Source: Vulcanimicrobiota bacterium
GTDB lineage: Bacteria; Vulcanimicrobiota; Vulcanimicrobiia; Eremiobacterales; Eremiobacteraceae
DNA: 64,000 nt
Assembly (NCBI GenBank): GCA_963812135.1
Contig: CAWETU010000001.1
Span: 672,001-736,000, forward strand
Direction of reading: 5' to 3'
Shown: one piece after another, positions 29,694 to 38,867 of the stretch
How the letters are laid out: each line of letters begins with the position of its first letter
How positions within the stretch are numbered: the stretch's first letter is position 1
The notes under the pieces: generated by a model
Seen by the model: the letters and a program-made list of their open reading frames with translations, nothing else
The model's database searches: none
Told to the model about the DNA's origin: nothing
Position numbers and translations under genes: made by a program

Positions 29694-29730
29694 AGAAGAG
29701 CCTGGCATTGCTGCCTGGCTCTTCTCGTTT
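29694..29730 (+). terminator. Probable intrinsic terminator after the TolC gene
   Basis: GAAGAGCCtGGCA-ttgc-TGCCtGGCTCTTC hairpin followed by TCGTTT. Confidence 0.5.
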
Positions 29731-29735
29731 GTATA

Positions 29736-29761
29736 TGTAGCGGTCGAATGTATTCGACCGG
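29736..29761 (+). repeat. GTAG-type REP element
   Basis: TGTAGCGGTCGAATGTATTCGACCGG, between convergent genes. Confidence 0.8.
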
Positions 29762-29766
29762 TTTGT

Positions 29767-30342
29767 TTACGGCACGCTGAGCGAGCGCGTCAACTGCATG
29801 CCCACCGGCGATCCGGCCGGCACCGTGAAGTCGCTCTTGTTGTTCGAGCTAAGCAAGAACCCGGTGGCCGCCCCGACCGCGCCGCCGGCCTTGCCGCCGA
29901 ACATCGCCTTGCCGGCCCAGTTCCCCAAGAGCATGCCGGCCCCGGTGCCGAGCAGCACGCGTCCGTGTTTGTCTTTTTTCGGCTCGAGCTTGCTGACCAC
30001 CGCGCCGATCGTCTCAGACGAACCGTTGTGGAACTTGATCTTGTCCAAGATGATCGAAAGCTGTGGGTTCGTGCCGCGTCCGCCGGGCGTTACTTGACCA
30101 ACGTGTCCGTAGATCGTCGCGCCGCCGAGCGCAGAGAGTCCTCCGGGGTAGGGCGACACGACCGAGATGGCGATCGGCTGGCCCGCGTACGAGCTCTTCG
30201 TGTTGAGCGCGTTCTGCAACGTGCCGTTGAGCCCGTTGCCGGCCGACACGGTCTGGGCCGCGAGCGCCGCGAACGGCGCCACACCCAGTCCCAACGCGAC
30301 GAGGGCCGCCGCCGCGACCGTGCGGTGTCGGAGATGCTGCAT
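29767..30342 (-). CDS. Secreted hypothetical protein, TrbI/VirB10-like beta domain plus glycine zipper
   Basis: Signal peptide ending ALA-A; L.T.SS..GQP, GATIYGHV, GAGMLLG...GGAVGAATG, VPAGS. Confidence 0.65.
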   Translation of the reverse strand: MQHLRHRTVAAAALVALGLGVAPFAALAAQTVSAGNGLNGTLQNALNTKSSYAGQPIAISVVSPYPGGLSALGGATIYGHVGQVTPGGRGTNPQLSIILDKIKFHNGSSETIGAVVSKLEPKKDKHGRVLLGTGAGMLLGNWAGKAMFGGKAGGAVGAATGFLLSSNNKSDFTVPAGSPVGMQLTRSLSVP

Positions 30343-30362
30343 GATCGTGCCTTTCGTACGCG

Positions 30363-32483
30363 TCAGTGCTTCCCGGACTCCGCCGGGTGCTTGCGCGTGA
30401 GATTGATGCGGCCCTTATCGTCGATCTCGCGTACCTGGACCACGACCTCGTCACCGATGTTGACTTCATCTTCGACGCGATTGACGCGATGCGGCGCGAG
30501 CTGCGAGATGTGCACCAGCCCCTCTTTGCCCGGCAGGATCTGCACGAAGGCTCCGAAGTTCATGATGCGCTTGACGACGCCGGTATAGACCTCGCCGATC
30601 TCGACGTCCTTGACGATGTCCTCGACCATGCGACGCGCTTTCTCCGCCGACGCCGCATCCGGCGAGGCGAGGAACACGCGGCCGTCGTCTTCGATATCGA
30701 TCTTGGCGCCGGTCTCGGCGACGATCTTGTTGATGATCTTGCCGCCTGGGCCGATGACGTCTTTGATCTTGTCGGGATGGATCTCGAGCACGATCATCCG
30801 CGGCGCGTACTTGGACAAGCCGCGGCGTGGCGTGGCGATCGCTTCCTTGAGCTTTTCGATGATGAACAGCCGGCTCTCGTGGGCTTGTTCCATCGCTTTG
30901 CGCATGATGTCGATCGTGACGCCCTGCACCTTGATGTCCATCTGCACGGCGGTGATGCCGTCGACGGTGCCGGCGACTTTGAAGTCCATCTCGCCCAGCG
31001 CGTCCTCGAGCCCTTGGATATCGGTCAGGATGCCGGGCCGGCCATCTTTGAGGATGAGGCCCATGGCGACGCCGCCGACGTGTTTGGGCAGCGGCACGCC
31101 TGCATCCATGAGCGCCAGCGTGCTCGCGCACACCGACCCCATGGACGACGATCCGTTGCTCTCGAAGGTCTCGGAGACCAAGCGCAGCGTGTACGGGAAC
31201 GCTTCCGGCGGGGGCAGCATCGGCGCGATCGCGCGCTCGGCGAGGTTGCCGTGGCCGATCTCACGCCGGCCGGGTCCGCGCATCGGGCGCGTCTCACCGA
31301 CGGAGTATGGCGGGAAGTTGTAGTGGTGCATGAAACGCTTGAACGTCATCGGGCCGAGCCCGTCGATGCGCTGCTCGTCCGAGATCGAACCCAGCGTCGC
31401 GGCAGTGAAGATCTGCGTCTCACCGCGCGTGAACAGACCCGAACCGTGCGTGCGCGGCACGATGCCGACGCGCGTGCTGATCGGGCGTACTTCGTCGAGC
31501 CGGCGGCCGTCTGGGCGCATGCCCTCGTCGACGACCATCGTCCGCAGTTCTTCTTCCTCGCGCGCTTTCACGCACTTGTCGAAGTCGCGGTTCTTCGGAT
31601 CCTCGAGGAACGGACGCACATCGTGTTCGAGCCGGTGGCCGGCGACGCGTGCCAGCGCTTCCGTGCGCGTGATCGCGTCGAACGCCTTGCCGCGCTCTTG
31701 CTTGCCGGTGATGCGCATCGCGCGCGCGATATCGGCGCCGAACGCGTCGGCGACGAACTCGCGCATCTGCTCGGACGGCAGGTACAGCGGGAACACGCGT
31801 TTCGGTTTGCCCGCTTTGGAGGTGAGCTGCGCGACGGTGCGCAGTATGTCGGCGATGCGCGCGTGCGCGAACTCGACCGCGCCGAGGAACGTCTCCTCTG
31901 AGACCTCCTTGCCGCCGCCTTCGACCATCATCACCGCGTTGGCCGTGCCGGCGACGATGACGTCGATGATGCTCTTGTCGAGCTGTTCGCGCGTGGGGTT
32001 GACGACGTACTCGCCGTCGACCATGCCGACGCGCACGCCGGCCACGGGTTGATCGAAGGGGATGTCGGAGACGGCGAGCGCCGCGCCTGCGGCGACGAGC
32101 GCCACGACATCGGGATCGACTTCCGGATCGACGGAAAGCGTCGTGATGATGATGTGGATGTCGTTACGGAAGCCTTCGGGGAACAGCGGTCGGATCGGCC
32201 GGTCGATGAGACGCGCGGTCAGCGTCGCCTTCTCGGACGGACGGCCTTCGCGCTTGATGAAACCGCCTGGGATCTTGCCCGCGGCGTACATCCGCTCTTC
32301 GTAATCGACCGTGAGGGGGAAAAATTCGATGCCTTCTCGTGGATTCATACTGGCGGTGACGGCGGCGAGAACGCAGGTGTCGCCGTAACGCACAAATACG
32401 GAGCCGCTGGCCTGGCGCGCAAGCTCACCTGTTTCGATGGTAAGCGTACGCCCGCCCAGCTCCATGCTGACGGACTCTGGCAA
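30363..32483 (-). CDS. pnp: Polyribonucleotide nucleotidyltransferase (PNPase)
   Basis: [47 protein letters not shown] and S1 domains; AAGGAG RBS before TTG 32483. Confidence 0.98.
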   Translation of the reverse strand: MPESVSMELGGRTLTIETGELARQASGSVFVRYGDTCVLAAVTASMNPREGIEFFPLTVDYEERMYAAGKIPGGFIKREGRPSEKATLTARLIDRPIRPLFPEGFRNDIHIIITTLSVDPEVDPDVVALVAAGAALAVSDIPFDQPVAGVRVGMVDGEYVVNPTREQLDKSIIDVIVAGTANAVMMVEGGGKEVSEETFLGAVEFAHARIADILRTVAQLTSKAGKPKRVFPLYLPSEQMREFVADAFGADIARAMRITGKQERGKAFDAITRTEALARVAGHRLEHDVRPFLEDPKNRDFDKCVKAREEEELRTMVVDEGMRPDGRRLDEVRPISTRVGIVPRTHGSGLFTRGETQIFTAATLGSISDEQRIDGLGPMTFKRFMHHYNFPPYSVGETRPMRGPGRREIGHGNLAERAIAPMLPPPEAFPYTLRLVSETFESNGSSSMGSVCASTLALMDAGVPLPKHVGGVAMGLILKDGRPGILTDIQGLEDALGEMDFKVAGTVDGITAVQMDIKVQGVTIDIMRKAMEQAHESRLFIIEKLKEAIATPRRGLSKYAPRMIVLEIHPDKIKDVIGPGGKIINKIVAETGAKIDIEDDGRVFLASPDAASAEKARRMVEDIVKDVEIGEVYTGVVKRIMNFGAFVQILPGKEGLVHISQLAPHRVNRVEDEVNIGDEVVVQVREIDDKGRINLTRKHPAESGKH

Positions 32484-32667
32484 AAGGGACTCCTTTTCAA
32501 GGCTCGCGACGTTCGATCGCGAGATCATGTGTTAATCGATTCTGATGTGACGATATGCTTCTTCTTAATAATGGGTGGCTATCCCTGGAGCACGCGTTAG
32601 CGTACCGGTCGGCCCTGACGGGGCGCGGCGCGCACGGAAATCGCGCTCGATGAAAACCTGCGGCTTG

Positions 32668-32937
32668 TTAGTGTCGCAGACCCAATTGGTTGACGATCGC
32701 CCGATAGCGCTCGAGATCGGCGCTCTCGAGGTAGCGCAAGAGGCGGCGCCGCTTGCCGACCTTCATGAGCAGTCCGCGCCGGCTGGCGTGGTCTTTCTTA
32801 TGCGATTTGAGATGCTCGGTGAGGTCGTTGATGGATTCGGTCAAAAGGGCGATCTGGACTTCAGGCGACCCGGTATCGTTGTCTTTGCGCTTGTGTTTTG
32901 CGATGACCGAGGTCTTGTGATCTTTGGACAATGCCAT
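32668..32937 (-). CDS. rpsO: 30S ribosomal protein S15
   Basis: [24 protein letters not shown]; upstream of pnp. Confidence 0.98.
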   Translation of the reverse strand: MALSKDHKTSVIAKHKRKDNDTGSPEVQIALLTESINDLTEHLKSHKKDHASRRGLLMKVGKRRRLLRYLESADLERYRAIVNQLGLRH

Positions 32938-32980
32938 GCTGTGGTGAACTCCTTTTCCACATTCGCCCGCGGACCAGCCG

Positions 32981-33006
32981 TGTAGCGGTCGAATTCATTC
33001 GACCGG
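32981..33006 (+). repeat. GTAG-type REP element in the rpsO leader
   Basis: TGTAGCGGTCGAATTCATTCGACCGG. Confidence 0.8.
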
Positions 33007-33028
33007 CCGGTACCGGGGTACATCGGAC

Positions 33029-33058
33029 AGGATACCATGGCGCGCAAACCCCCGTCAA
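33029..33058 (-). promoter_or_regulatory. Sigma70-type promoter for rpsO-pnp
   Basis: TTGACG-N18-TATCCT with an extended TG on the minus strand. Confidence 0.6.
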
Positions 33059-33090
33059 ACCTAGCTGCGCCGTCTCCGTCAATGCGCCGG

Positions 33091-33123
33091 GAAAAGAAAA
33101 GCCCCCGCGTCCGGCGCGGGGGG
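33091..33123 (-). terminator. Intrinsic terminator of the LysM gene
   Basis: Minus strand CCCCCGCG-ccgga-CGCGGGGG then CTTTTCTTTTC. Confidence 0.7.
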
Positions 33124-33130
33124 TCTCGAT

Positions 33131-33154
33131 CGGTCGAGTGAACTCGACGGCTAC
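33131..33154 (-). repeat. GTAG-type REP variant overlapping the LysM stop codon
   Basis: Reverse complement GTAGCCGTCGAGTTCACTCGACCG. Confidence 0.65.
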
Positions 33155-33444
33155 TGACGTGGGACGAGGAGAACCTGGCCTGGGCGCAGCGATTGGCCCG
33201 CCTTGATATGGTTGAGGCTCATGACGTTGTAGGCCAGCTCGTTGACGTCGCTTCCCTCAGCGGCGTGCTTGGCGACGAGGCCCCACACGGTGTCGCCATG
33301 GCTCACGACGACCTTGTCGTAGTGGGCGGGACTGGACGTGTAGACCTGGGACGCCCACACCACCGGCAGGGCGAACACCAGCACGAGGGAGAGCACTTGG
33401 ATGAAGGGAATGAGCGTGACCCGCGTCGGGCGGCGTTTATGCAT
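33151..33444 (-). CDS. Single-TM LysM protein, YneA/ChiZ-like SOS cell-division inhibitor candidate
   Basis: N-terminal TM then LysM (VVVSHGDTVWGLV...LN...LRPGQVLLVP); divergent from lexA with SOS boxes in between. Confidence 0.8.
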   Translation of the reverse strand: MHKRRPTRVTLIPFIQVLSLVLVFALPVVWASQVYTSSPAHYDKVVVSHGDTVWGLVAKHAAEGSDVNELAYNVMSLNHIKAGQSLRPGQVLLVPRQ

Positions 33445-33472
33445 CAGAGCTGTCCTCCGAGCCTGCTCGGCT

Positions 33473-33486
33473 CGAACATATGTTCT
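33473..33486. promoter_or_regulatory. LexA (SOS) box 1
   Basis: CGAACATATGTTCT matches GAAC-N4-GTTC; lies just downstream of the LysM gene -10. Confidence 0.85.
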
Positions 33487-33492
33487 GGGGTC

Positions 33493-33522
33493 ATCTTACC
33501 GCCGTCTGAAGCCAAGTGTCAA
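33493..33522 (-). promoter_or_regulatory. Sigma70-type promoter for the LysM gene
   Basis: TTGACA-N18-TAAGAT on the minus strand. Confidence 0.7.
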
Positions 33523-33530
33523 GGTTTTTT

Positions 33531-33544
33531 CGAACAAACGTTTG
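33531..33544. promoter_or_regulatory. LexA (SOS) box 2
   Basis: CGAACAAACGTTTG, one mismatch to consensus; overlaps the lexA -35. Confidence 0.75.
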
Positions 33545-33570
33545 CTTCCGAGCGCGGGGTATGCTAGAAT
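33542..33570 (+). promoter_or_regulatory. Sigma70-type promoter for lexA
   Basis: TTGCTT-N17-TAGAAT with extended TG. Confidence 0.65.
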
Positions 33571-33668
33571 CCAGGTTACCGTCGCATGGGGTGAGCCTTC
33601 GACGGATGTCTGCGTCGCCTATTGTCCCGCGTGCGACGCTCGGAAAAGGGAAAGGGCGGTATACTCCT

Positions 33669-34283
33669 GTGGATCGCAAGACGACACCGCGGCAGCAGGC
33701 CATCCTCGACTGCATCAAAGAGTTTCAGCGGGCGCATGGGTACCCGCCCTCGGTCCGTGAGATCGGCGAGCGCGTCGGCTTATCCAGCAGCTCCACCGTG
33801 CAGAGCCACCTCCGCACGCTTCAGCGCAAGGGCCTCATTCATCGCGACGCCACCAAGCCGCGCGCGCTGGTCACCGGCAGCGAGGTGTCTCGCGACGTCG
33901 TGACGCTGCCGCTCGTCGGCCGCATCGCCGCCGGCCCCGTCGCAACCGCCATCGAGAACATCGAAGAAGAGATCGTGCTTCCCTCAAACTTGGCGGCCAA
34001 GGCCGGCTCGTTCATGCTGCGCGTCAAGGGCGACTCCATGGTCGACGCGGCGATCCTCGACGGCGACCTCATCGTCGTGCAGCCGCAACAGGTCGCCAAC
34101 AACGGCGATATCGTCGTGGCGATGGTCGAAGGTCCGGGCACCGAAGGCGACGCCACCGTGAAGACCTTCTATAAGGAAGCGAATCGCATCCGGTTGCAGC
34201 CGGCGAACAAATACATGGAACCGATCTACGCCGACGACGTGCAGATCCTCGGCAAAGTCTCCGCCGTCATCCGCAAACTCTAA
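33669..34283 (+). CDS. lexA: SOS repressor LexA
   Basis: TPRQQAIL, GYPPSVREIG, SSSTVQSHL, GRIAAG cleavage site, VKGDSM (Ser), ATVK (Lys); GTG 33669 is the probable start. Confidence 0.97.
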   Translation: MDRKTTPRQQAILDCIKEFQRAHGYPPSVREIGERVGLSSSSTVQSHLRTLQRKGLIHRDATKPRALVTGSEVSRDVVTLPLVGRIAAGPVATAIENIEEEIVLPSNLAAKAGSFMLRVKGDSMVDAAILDGDLIVVQPQQVANNGDIVVAMVEGPGTEGDATVKTFYKEANRIRLQPANKYMEPIYADDVQILGKVSAVIRKL

Positions 34284-34310
34284 TGTAGCACCCGAGCGAA
34301 GGCTCGGGTG
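34284..34310 (+). repeat. TGTAG plus perfect hairpin after lexA (second REP-like class or terminator)
   Basis: TGTAG-CACCCGAGC-gaag-GCTCGGGTG then TTCTT. Confidence 0.5.
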
Positions 34311-34400
34311 TTCTTGCGAGCGCAGCTCGCGAGCGCGCTTAAGGATGGCCCGCCTCTCGAAGGCAGGCCATCTTGCGTTTGAGCGGTGAAGCTACGTCGT

Positions 34401-35153
34401 ATGAAGCCGAAGATCGCCATTGCGGTGAGCGCGCACGAGCTGGGCAAGCCCGACGCGCGCGCGAAATATCGCTTTGCGGTCGAACAAGCGGGCGGTCAGC
34501 CCGAGCTCGTGGGCCCGCCGCAATACCTGGCATCGGTCTCCGAGTTGCTCGAGCGCTTTGATGGCTTGCTCGTACCAGGCGGCGCCGACGTCGCACCCAC
34601 GATTTATGGAAGTCGCGAGCATCCGGCCGTCGAGTCGGCCCCCGAAGGCACTGACGAATTCCAGATCGAGGCGGTGCGCGCCGCGCGGCGCGCGGGCATT
34701 CCATGCTTTGGCATCTGCCGCGGCATCCAGGTGATGAACGTCGCGCTCGGCGGCACGCTGTACGAGGACATCGAAGATCAATTCGAGCCGCCCAACGGAC
34801 TGCGGCTCACGCACAAGCAGACGCCCGATCACGCGCGCGACGAGACCACCCACGTGATCGAAGTCGCCAGCGGTTCGACGCTTGCCACGCTATTGGGCAC
34901 CACCTCGCTTGCGACCAATTCGCTGCATCACCAGGCGGTGCGCCGCGTCGCCGCCGGGCTGCAGGTCGTGGCGACCGCGCGCGACGGCGTCATCGAGGCG
35001 CTGGAGCTGCCCGAGGCGCGCGCGTTGTTCCTCGGCGTGCAATGGCACCCGGAAGAATTGGTCACGCGCGACGAGCCGAGCCGCCGCCTCTTCCGTGGTT
35101 TCGTCGAGCGCGCCGCGGAGCGCGCGCAACGCCGCACCGCGCGGGCGTCCTAG
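34401..35153 (+). CDS. Gamma-glutamyl-gamma-aminobutyrate hydrolase family (peptidase C26, PuuD-like)
   Basis: GLLVPGGADV, GICRGIQVMNVALGGTL, NSLHHQ, GVQWHPE. Confidence 0.92.
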   Translation: MKPKIAIAVSAHELGKPDARAKYRFAVEQAGGQPELVGPPQYLASVSELLERFDGLLVPGGADVAPTIYGSREHPAVESAPEGTDEFQIEAVRAARRAGIPCFGICRGIQVMNVALGGTLYEDIEDQFEPPNGLRLTHKQTPDHARDETTHVIEVASGSTLATLLGTTSLATNSLHHQAVRRVAAGLQVVATARDGVIEALELPEARALFLGVQWHPEELVTRDEPSRRLFRGFVERAAERAQRRTARAS

Positions 35154-35165
35154 GATCGAGGATCG

Positions 35166-36494
35166 TTGAGAGCGTCCGCGTTGCGCGGACTCGACGCCGC
35201 GATCGGCGCGCTCGAAGCCCGCATGTTGCCGCGCCTGCAGCGCGCGGCCGACGAGCCGCATTTCGCAGCGGTGCGCGCCGCCATCCAGCCGGCGTTCTGG
35301 GTGATGGCGGTGGCCACGGTCGTCGTCTACTTCTTCGTGCCGCCGCATCCGATCGTGTGGCAGCTCTCCGATCTCTTCGCGCGCTTCCTCGACGCGTACC
35401 ATATCGGCTTCGGCGCGATGGGCGTCGCGCTCGCCGTGCTGCTGGCCAACCATCTTGCGCTGCGCTTTGGCTACGATCGCATCGCGGCCGTGCTCTTGAC
35501 AGCGGCGGCTTTCGCGCTCTCGCTGCCGAGGCCGGTGCCGCATTCGCCTTTCGTCTTGCTCGGAACGCTGTCGGCAGGCAGCCTCTTCCTGGCGATCATC
35601 GTCGCCAGCCTGACCGGGGAGGCGATGCGCTGGATCTATCGCGCCATCAAGCGCCGGGCGCTCGCGTTCGTCGCGTCGGCGGTTGCGGTGCTCGGCCTCT
35701 TCGCCGGCATCGCGGGCCTGCTGGCGCCGTCTCACCACAGCATGGCGGACGTGCTGCTCGCCGCGATCAAGCCGCTGATCGGCGTGGGCGACACCCTGCC
35801 CGCATTGCTGCTCGTCGTGTTCCTCCAGGTGTTGCTATGGACCGCGGGTGTGCACGGCCCCGGTTTCCTGTCGGCGATCACCACCCCGATCTTCTTGGGG
35901 GCCATCGACGCGAACGGCCAAGCGCTCTTGCACCATCAGGCTCCGCCGCACATCGTCACCATCACGCTGTTCTTGTTTTTCTTTCCCGGCGGTTCCGGCG
36001 CGACGTTCTCGCTCAACGTCCTCATGCTGTTCTCGAAGATCCCGCGGGTGCGTAAGCTCGGCTTCGCGTCGATCCTGCCGAGCTTCATCAACGTCAACGA
36101 GCCGCTCATCTTCGGCTTACCGCTCGTGATGAATCCGAGTCTGACGATCCCGTTCATCGGCGTGCCGCTGGTGCTCGCCACGATCACCTATCTAGCGATG
36201 TACTTCGGCTTGGTGGCCAAAACCGTGGTGTTCTTGCCGGGCGCGATTCCGGCGCCGATCGCGGCCTGGCTCACCACCAACGGCGACTGGCGCGCGGTGG
36301 CGCTCGTGTTCGTCAACATCGCGCTGGCGTTCGTGATGTACCTACCCTTTTACCGGACATTCGAAGACACGCTCCGCGCGGCGCCCGAGCAAGAGGAACA
36401 ACTCGTCAAGGCGGCCGAGGCTATTCGCGAACACGAGCTCGAACTCGAACGGCATCCGGAAAGCGCGCGAACGGAAGAGGAGAGCATCCCGTGA
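35166..36494 (+). CDS. PTS transporter subunit EIIC (cellobiose/lactose family), orphan
   Basis: LLWTAGVHG, GGSGATFSL, PSFINVNEPLIFGLPLVMNP, PFIGVP, YLPF. Confidence 0.88.
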   Translation: MRASALRGLDAAIGALEARMLPRLQRAADEPHFAAVRAAIQPAFWVMAVATVVVYFFVPPHPIVWQLSDLFARFLDAYHIGFGAMGVALAVLLANHLALRFGYDRIAAVLLTAAAFALSLPRPVPHSPFVLLGTLSAGSLFLAIIVASLTGEAMRWIYRAIKRRALAFVASAVAVLGLFAGIAGLLAPSHHSMADVLLAAIKPLIGVGDTLPALLLVVFLQVLLWTAGVHGPGFLSAITTPIFLGAIDANGQALLHHQAPPHIVTITLFLFFFPGGSGATFSLNVLMLFSKIPRVRKLGFASILPSFINVNEPLIFGLPLVMNPSLTIPFIGVPLVLATITYLAMYFGLVAKTVVFLPGAIPAPIAAWLTTNGDWRAVALVFVNIALAFVMYLPFYRTFEDTLRAAPEQEEQLVKAAEAIREHELELERHPESARTEEESIP

Positions 36495-37756
36495 AGATCG
36501 TGCTGGCGGATGCGGCGCGGACGCTCGACATACCCGCGCGCATCGTCGACGCGGCGCAGGCGTCGCTCGAGCAGGTCGCCGATGCGTGGCGCGAGCGCGA
36601 CATACAGGCGTTTGCGGTGAGCGCAAAAGTGACCGCGGCGTTCGCGCGCGCCGGCATCGACGATTCTCACCTGGCGGGCAGTACCGGGTACGCGTATCAC
36701 GACCGCGGTCGCGAAGCGTATGAAACGCTGCTCGCCGACGTCTTCGGAGCGCCCGCCGCGCTGGCACGCTTGCAGTTCGTCAGCGGCACGCACGCGATCG
36801 TCGCCACGCTAGGCGCGCTGCTGCCCCGCGGCGGCACGCTGTGCTCGCTGACCGGCAGGCCCTATGACACCTTGCGGATGGCGCTCGTCGATCATCCCGC
36901 CGGCCTCGCAAGAGCCCGCGGCGTTGAATATCTCGAGACCGCGTGGACGACGGGCGCCGCGCCGCGCGAAGAAGACGCAAAAGACGCGTTGCGCCGCGTT
37001 CCCGACGTGGTGTTCATCCAACGCTCGCGCGGCTACGCCTCGCGCCCGTCGCTCTCGGTCGCGCAGATCGGCGCGCTGATCGAGATCGTGCGTGCGCACT
37101 CGCCAAGCTCTGTCGTCGTCGTCGACAATTGCTACGGCGAATTGGTGGAACGTACGGAGCCGACCAGCGTGGGCGCCGATCTCATCGTGGGATCGCTGAT
37201 CAAGAACCCCGGCGGCGGCCTCGCCACGACCGGCGGCTATGTCGCGGGCGACGCGCAACTCGTGGCCCGAGTCGCCGATTTCGCGTTCGCGCCTGGGCTG
37301 GGCAGCGCCGTGGGCCCGACGCTCGACGCGCAGCGCTGGTTCTTCGCGGGCCTGCACCGCGCGCCGCGCGCCGTGGCGGAGAGTCTCAAGACATTGGATT
37401 TCGCCGCCGCGCTCTTCGCGCGGCTCGGCTGCGACGTCGACCCGGTCGCCGGCGCGCCGCGTACCGACATCATCCAAGCGATCAAGCTAGGGACCGTATC
37501 GCGCCTTGAAGGCTTCGCGCGAGGATTGCAGCGGCTGCTGCCCGTCAACGCGCGCGCCACGCCGCAGCCCGGTCCGGTCCCCGGCTACGCCGATCCCGTC
37601 ATTATGGCGGGCGGCGCATTCGTCTCGGGCGCTACCCTCGAATTATCGTGTGACGCGCCGTTGCGAGAGCCGTACGAGGTCTACGTGCAAGGCGGCCTCG
37701 ACGCTGCGCACGGCGTCCTCGCGTTGATGGGCGCGGCCGCAGGCGCGTTCGCGTAA
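36491..37756 (+). CDS. YnbB-like PLP enzyme (methionine gamma-lyase/aluminium-resistance family)
   Basis: STGYAYHDRGR, QFVSGTHAI, PYDTL, IQRSRGY, VDNCYGE, GSLIKNPGGG, RTDIIQA. Confidence 0.9.
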   Translation: MKIVLADAARTLDIPARIVDAAQASLEQVADAWRERDIQAFAVSAKVTAAFARAGIDDSHLAGSTGYAYHDRGREAYETLLADVFGAPAALARLQFVSGTHAIVATLGALLPRGGTLCSLTGRPYDTLRMALVDHPAGLARARGVEYLETAWTTGAAPREEDAKDALRRVPDVVFIQRSRGYASRPSLSVAQIGALIEIVRAHSPSSVVVVDNCYGELVERTEPTSVGADLIVGSLIKNPGGGLATTGGYVAGDAQLVARVADFAFAPGLGSAVGPTLDAQRWFFAGLHRAPRAVAESLKTLDFAAALFARLGCDVDPVAGAPRTDIIQAIKLGTVSRLEGFARGLQRLLPVNARATPQPGPVPGYADPVIMAGGAFVSGATLELSCDAPLREPYEVYVQGGLDAAHGVLALMGAAAGAFA

Positions 37757-37792
37757 GAGGCGTTGCGCCACTACGAAGAAGAATATTGCGCT

Positions 37793-38143
37793 ATGACGGG
37801 TGACCTGCACAGACGCCAATACGTGCGCGTCCCGGTTTCATTGCCGGTGGAGTTCTCGCTTGAAGGGGACTCGACGGCGCATTCGGGTTCGGTGCTCGAT
37901 CTGGGCGCCGGCGGGATGCGCCTCGTCGCGCCGCACGACGTGCCGCCGCGCGCGACCCTCGATATACGATTCAGCCTGCCGGAACGCGCCAACTCGATCA
38001 GAGTGCGCGGACGCGTGGTGCTAAGCGCATTTCTCGGCACCGAAAAGACATACCATCACGGGATCGCGTTCACGTCCATCGATCCCGAAGACCGGCGAGC
38101 GATCGCCGACTTCGTGGATGCGAACGTGCTACCGAAGGCCTGA
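37793..38143 (+). CDS. PilZ domain protein (c-di-GMP receptor)
   Basis: RRQYVR (RxxxR) and DLGAGG (DxSxxG-like), GIAF. Confidence 0.85.
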   Translation: MTGDLHRRQYVRVPVSLPVEFSLEGDSTAHSGSVLDLGAGGMRLVAPHDVPPRATLDIRFSLPERANSIRVRGRVVLSAFLGTEKTYHHGIAFTSIDPEDRRAIADFVDANVLPKA

Positions 38144-38422
38144 TTCGCCCAAAAAACCGTAGAAGTAGTATTCCGTGCCGTCGGTCATCGTGAGGACCAC
38201 GCGGGTCTCCTCATATGACGCGCGGGCTACGGATTTCCCCGGCATCGTGTCGAGTATCCCCTGTGCGAAAACACGCTCTGCCTCGCGCAGGGCGTCCGGG
38301 TCGATGTCGATCAGCTCCGATTGCAAGTGCTTCACGCCTGAGTTGTCCACTCCGATGATGCTCCGCCTGGCGTCGGTGCTGGCGGTCTGCCCGTGCTCGA
38401 AGGGATCCGCCTTCATATCCAT
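38129..38422 (-). CDS. Hypothetical protein (97 aa)
   Basis: Fills the gap between the PilZ and FHA genes; acidic globular-looking sequence ending VVLTMTDGTEYYFYGFLGE. Confidence 0.6.
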   Translation of the reverse strand: MDMKADPFEHGQTASTDARRSIIGVDNSGVKHLQSELIDIDPDALREAERVFAQGILDTMPGKSVARASYEETRVVLTMTDGTEYYFYGFLGESGLR

Positions 38423-38528
38423 ATCATCGGCCACCCGCAGGGGCGACTTTACCGCCCGCGATGTCGAAAAGAGCGGGTGTGACGGCACTGTGACGTCCTG
38501 CGCCAGAGCGTTCGAGCGCGGGAGTGTC

Positions 38529-38864
38529 ATGCGGGACCCGCGAAAAGCGGGCGCCGATATGTTCGTGATCGAGGCGATGAACGGGCCGCTCGACGGCAAA
38601 GCATGGCGCTTTGAGCAGCGCATCAGTATCGGCAGAGACGCGTCCGCGGTGCAGGCCGTCGTGCCGACGGACCGCACAATTTCGCGCACGCACGCAGAAG
38701 TGTGCGCTGACGACACCGGCGTGCGCTTGACCGACCTTGGCAGCAGCAACGGCACGTACCTTGACGGCCGCCGGATCGATGGAAGTGTGAGCATCGCGGT
38801 TGGCCAGGCGTTTGTGGTCGGGCGCACAATGCTGCGCGTCATGAAACATTCCGATTCAGCATAA
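38529..38864 (+). CDS. Stand-alone FHA domain protein
   Basis: ISIGR, ISRTHA, DLGSSNGTYLDG. Confidence 0.88.
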   Translation: MRDPRKAGADMFVIEAMNGPLDGKAWRFEQRISIGRDASAVQAVVPTDRTISRTHAEVCADDTGVRLTDLGSSNGTYLDGRRIDGSVSIAVGQAFVVGRTMLRVMKHSDSA

Positions 38865-38867
38865 GTC

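Noticed and set aside
29767..30342. Type IV secretion system suggested by the VirB10-like domain
   Set aside because: Single small gene with no other T4SS components nearby.
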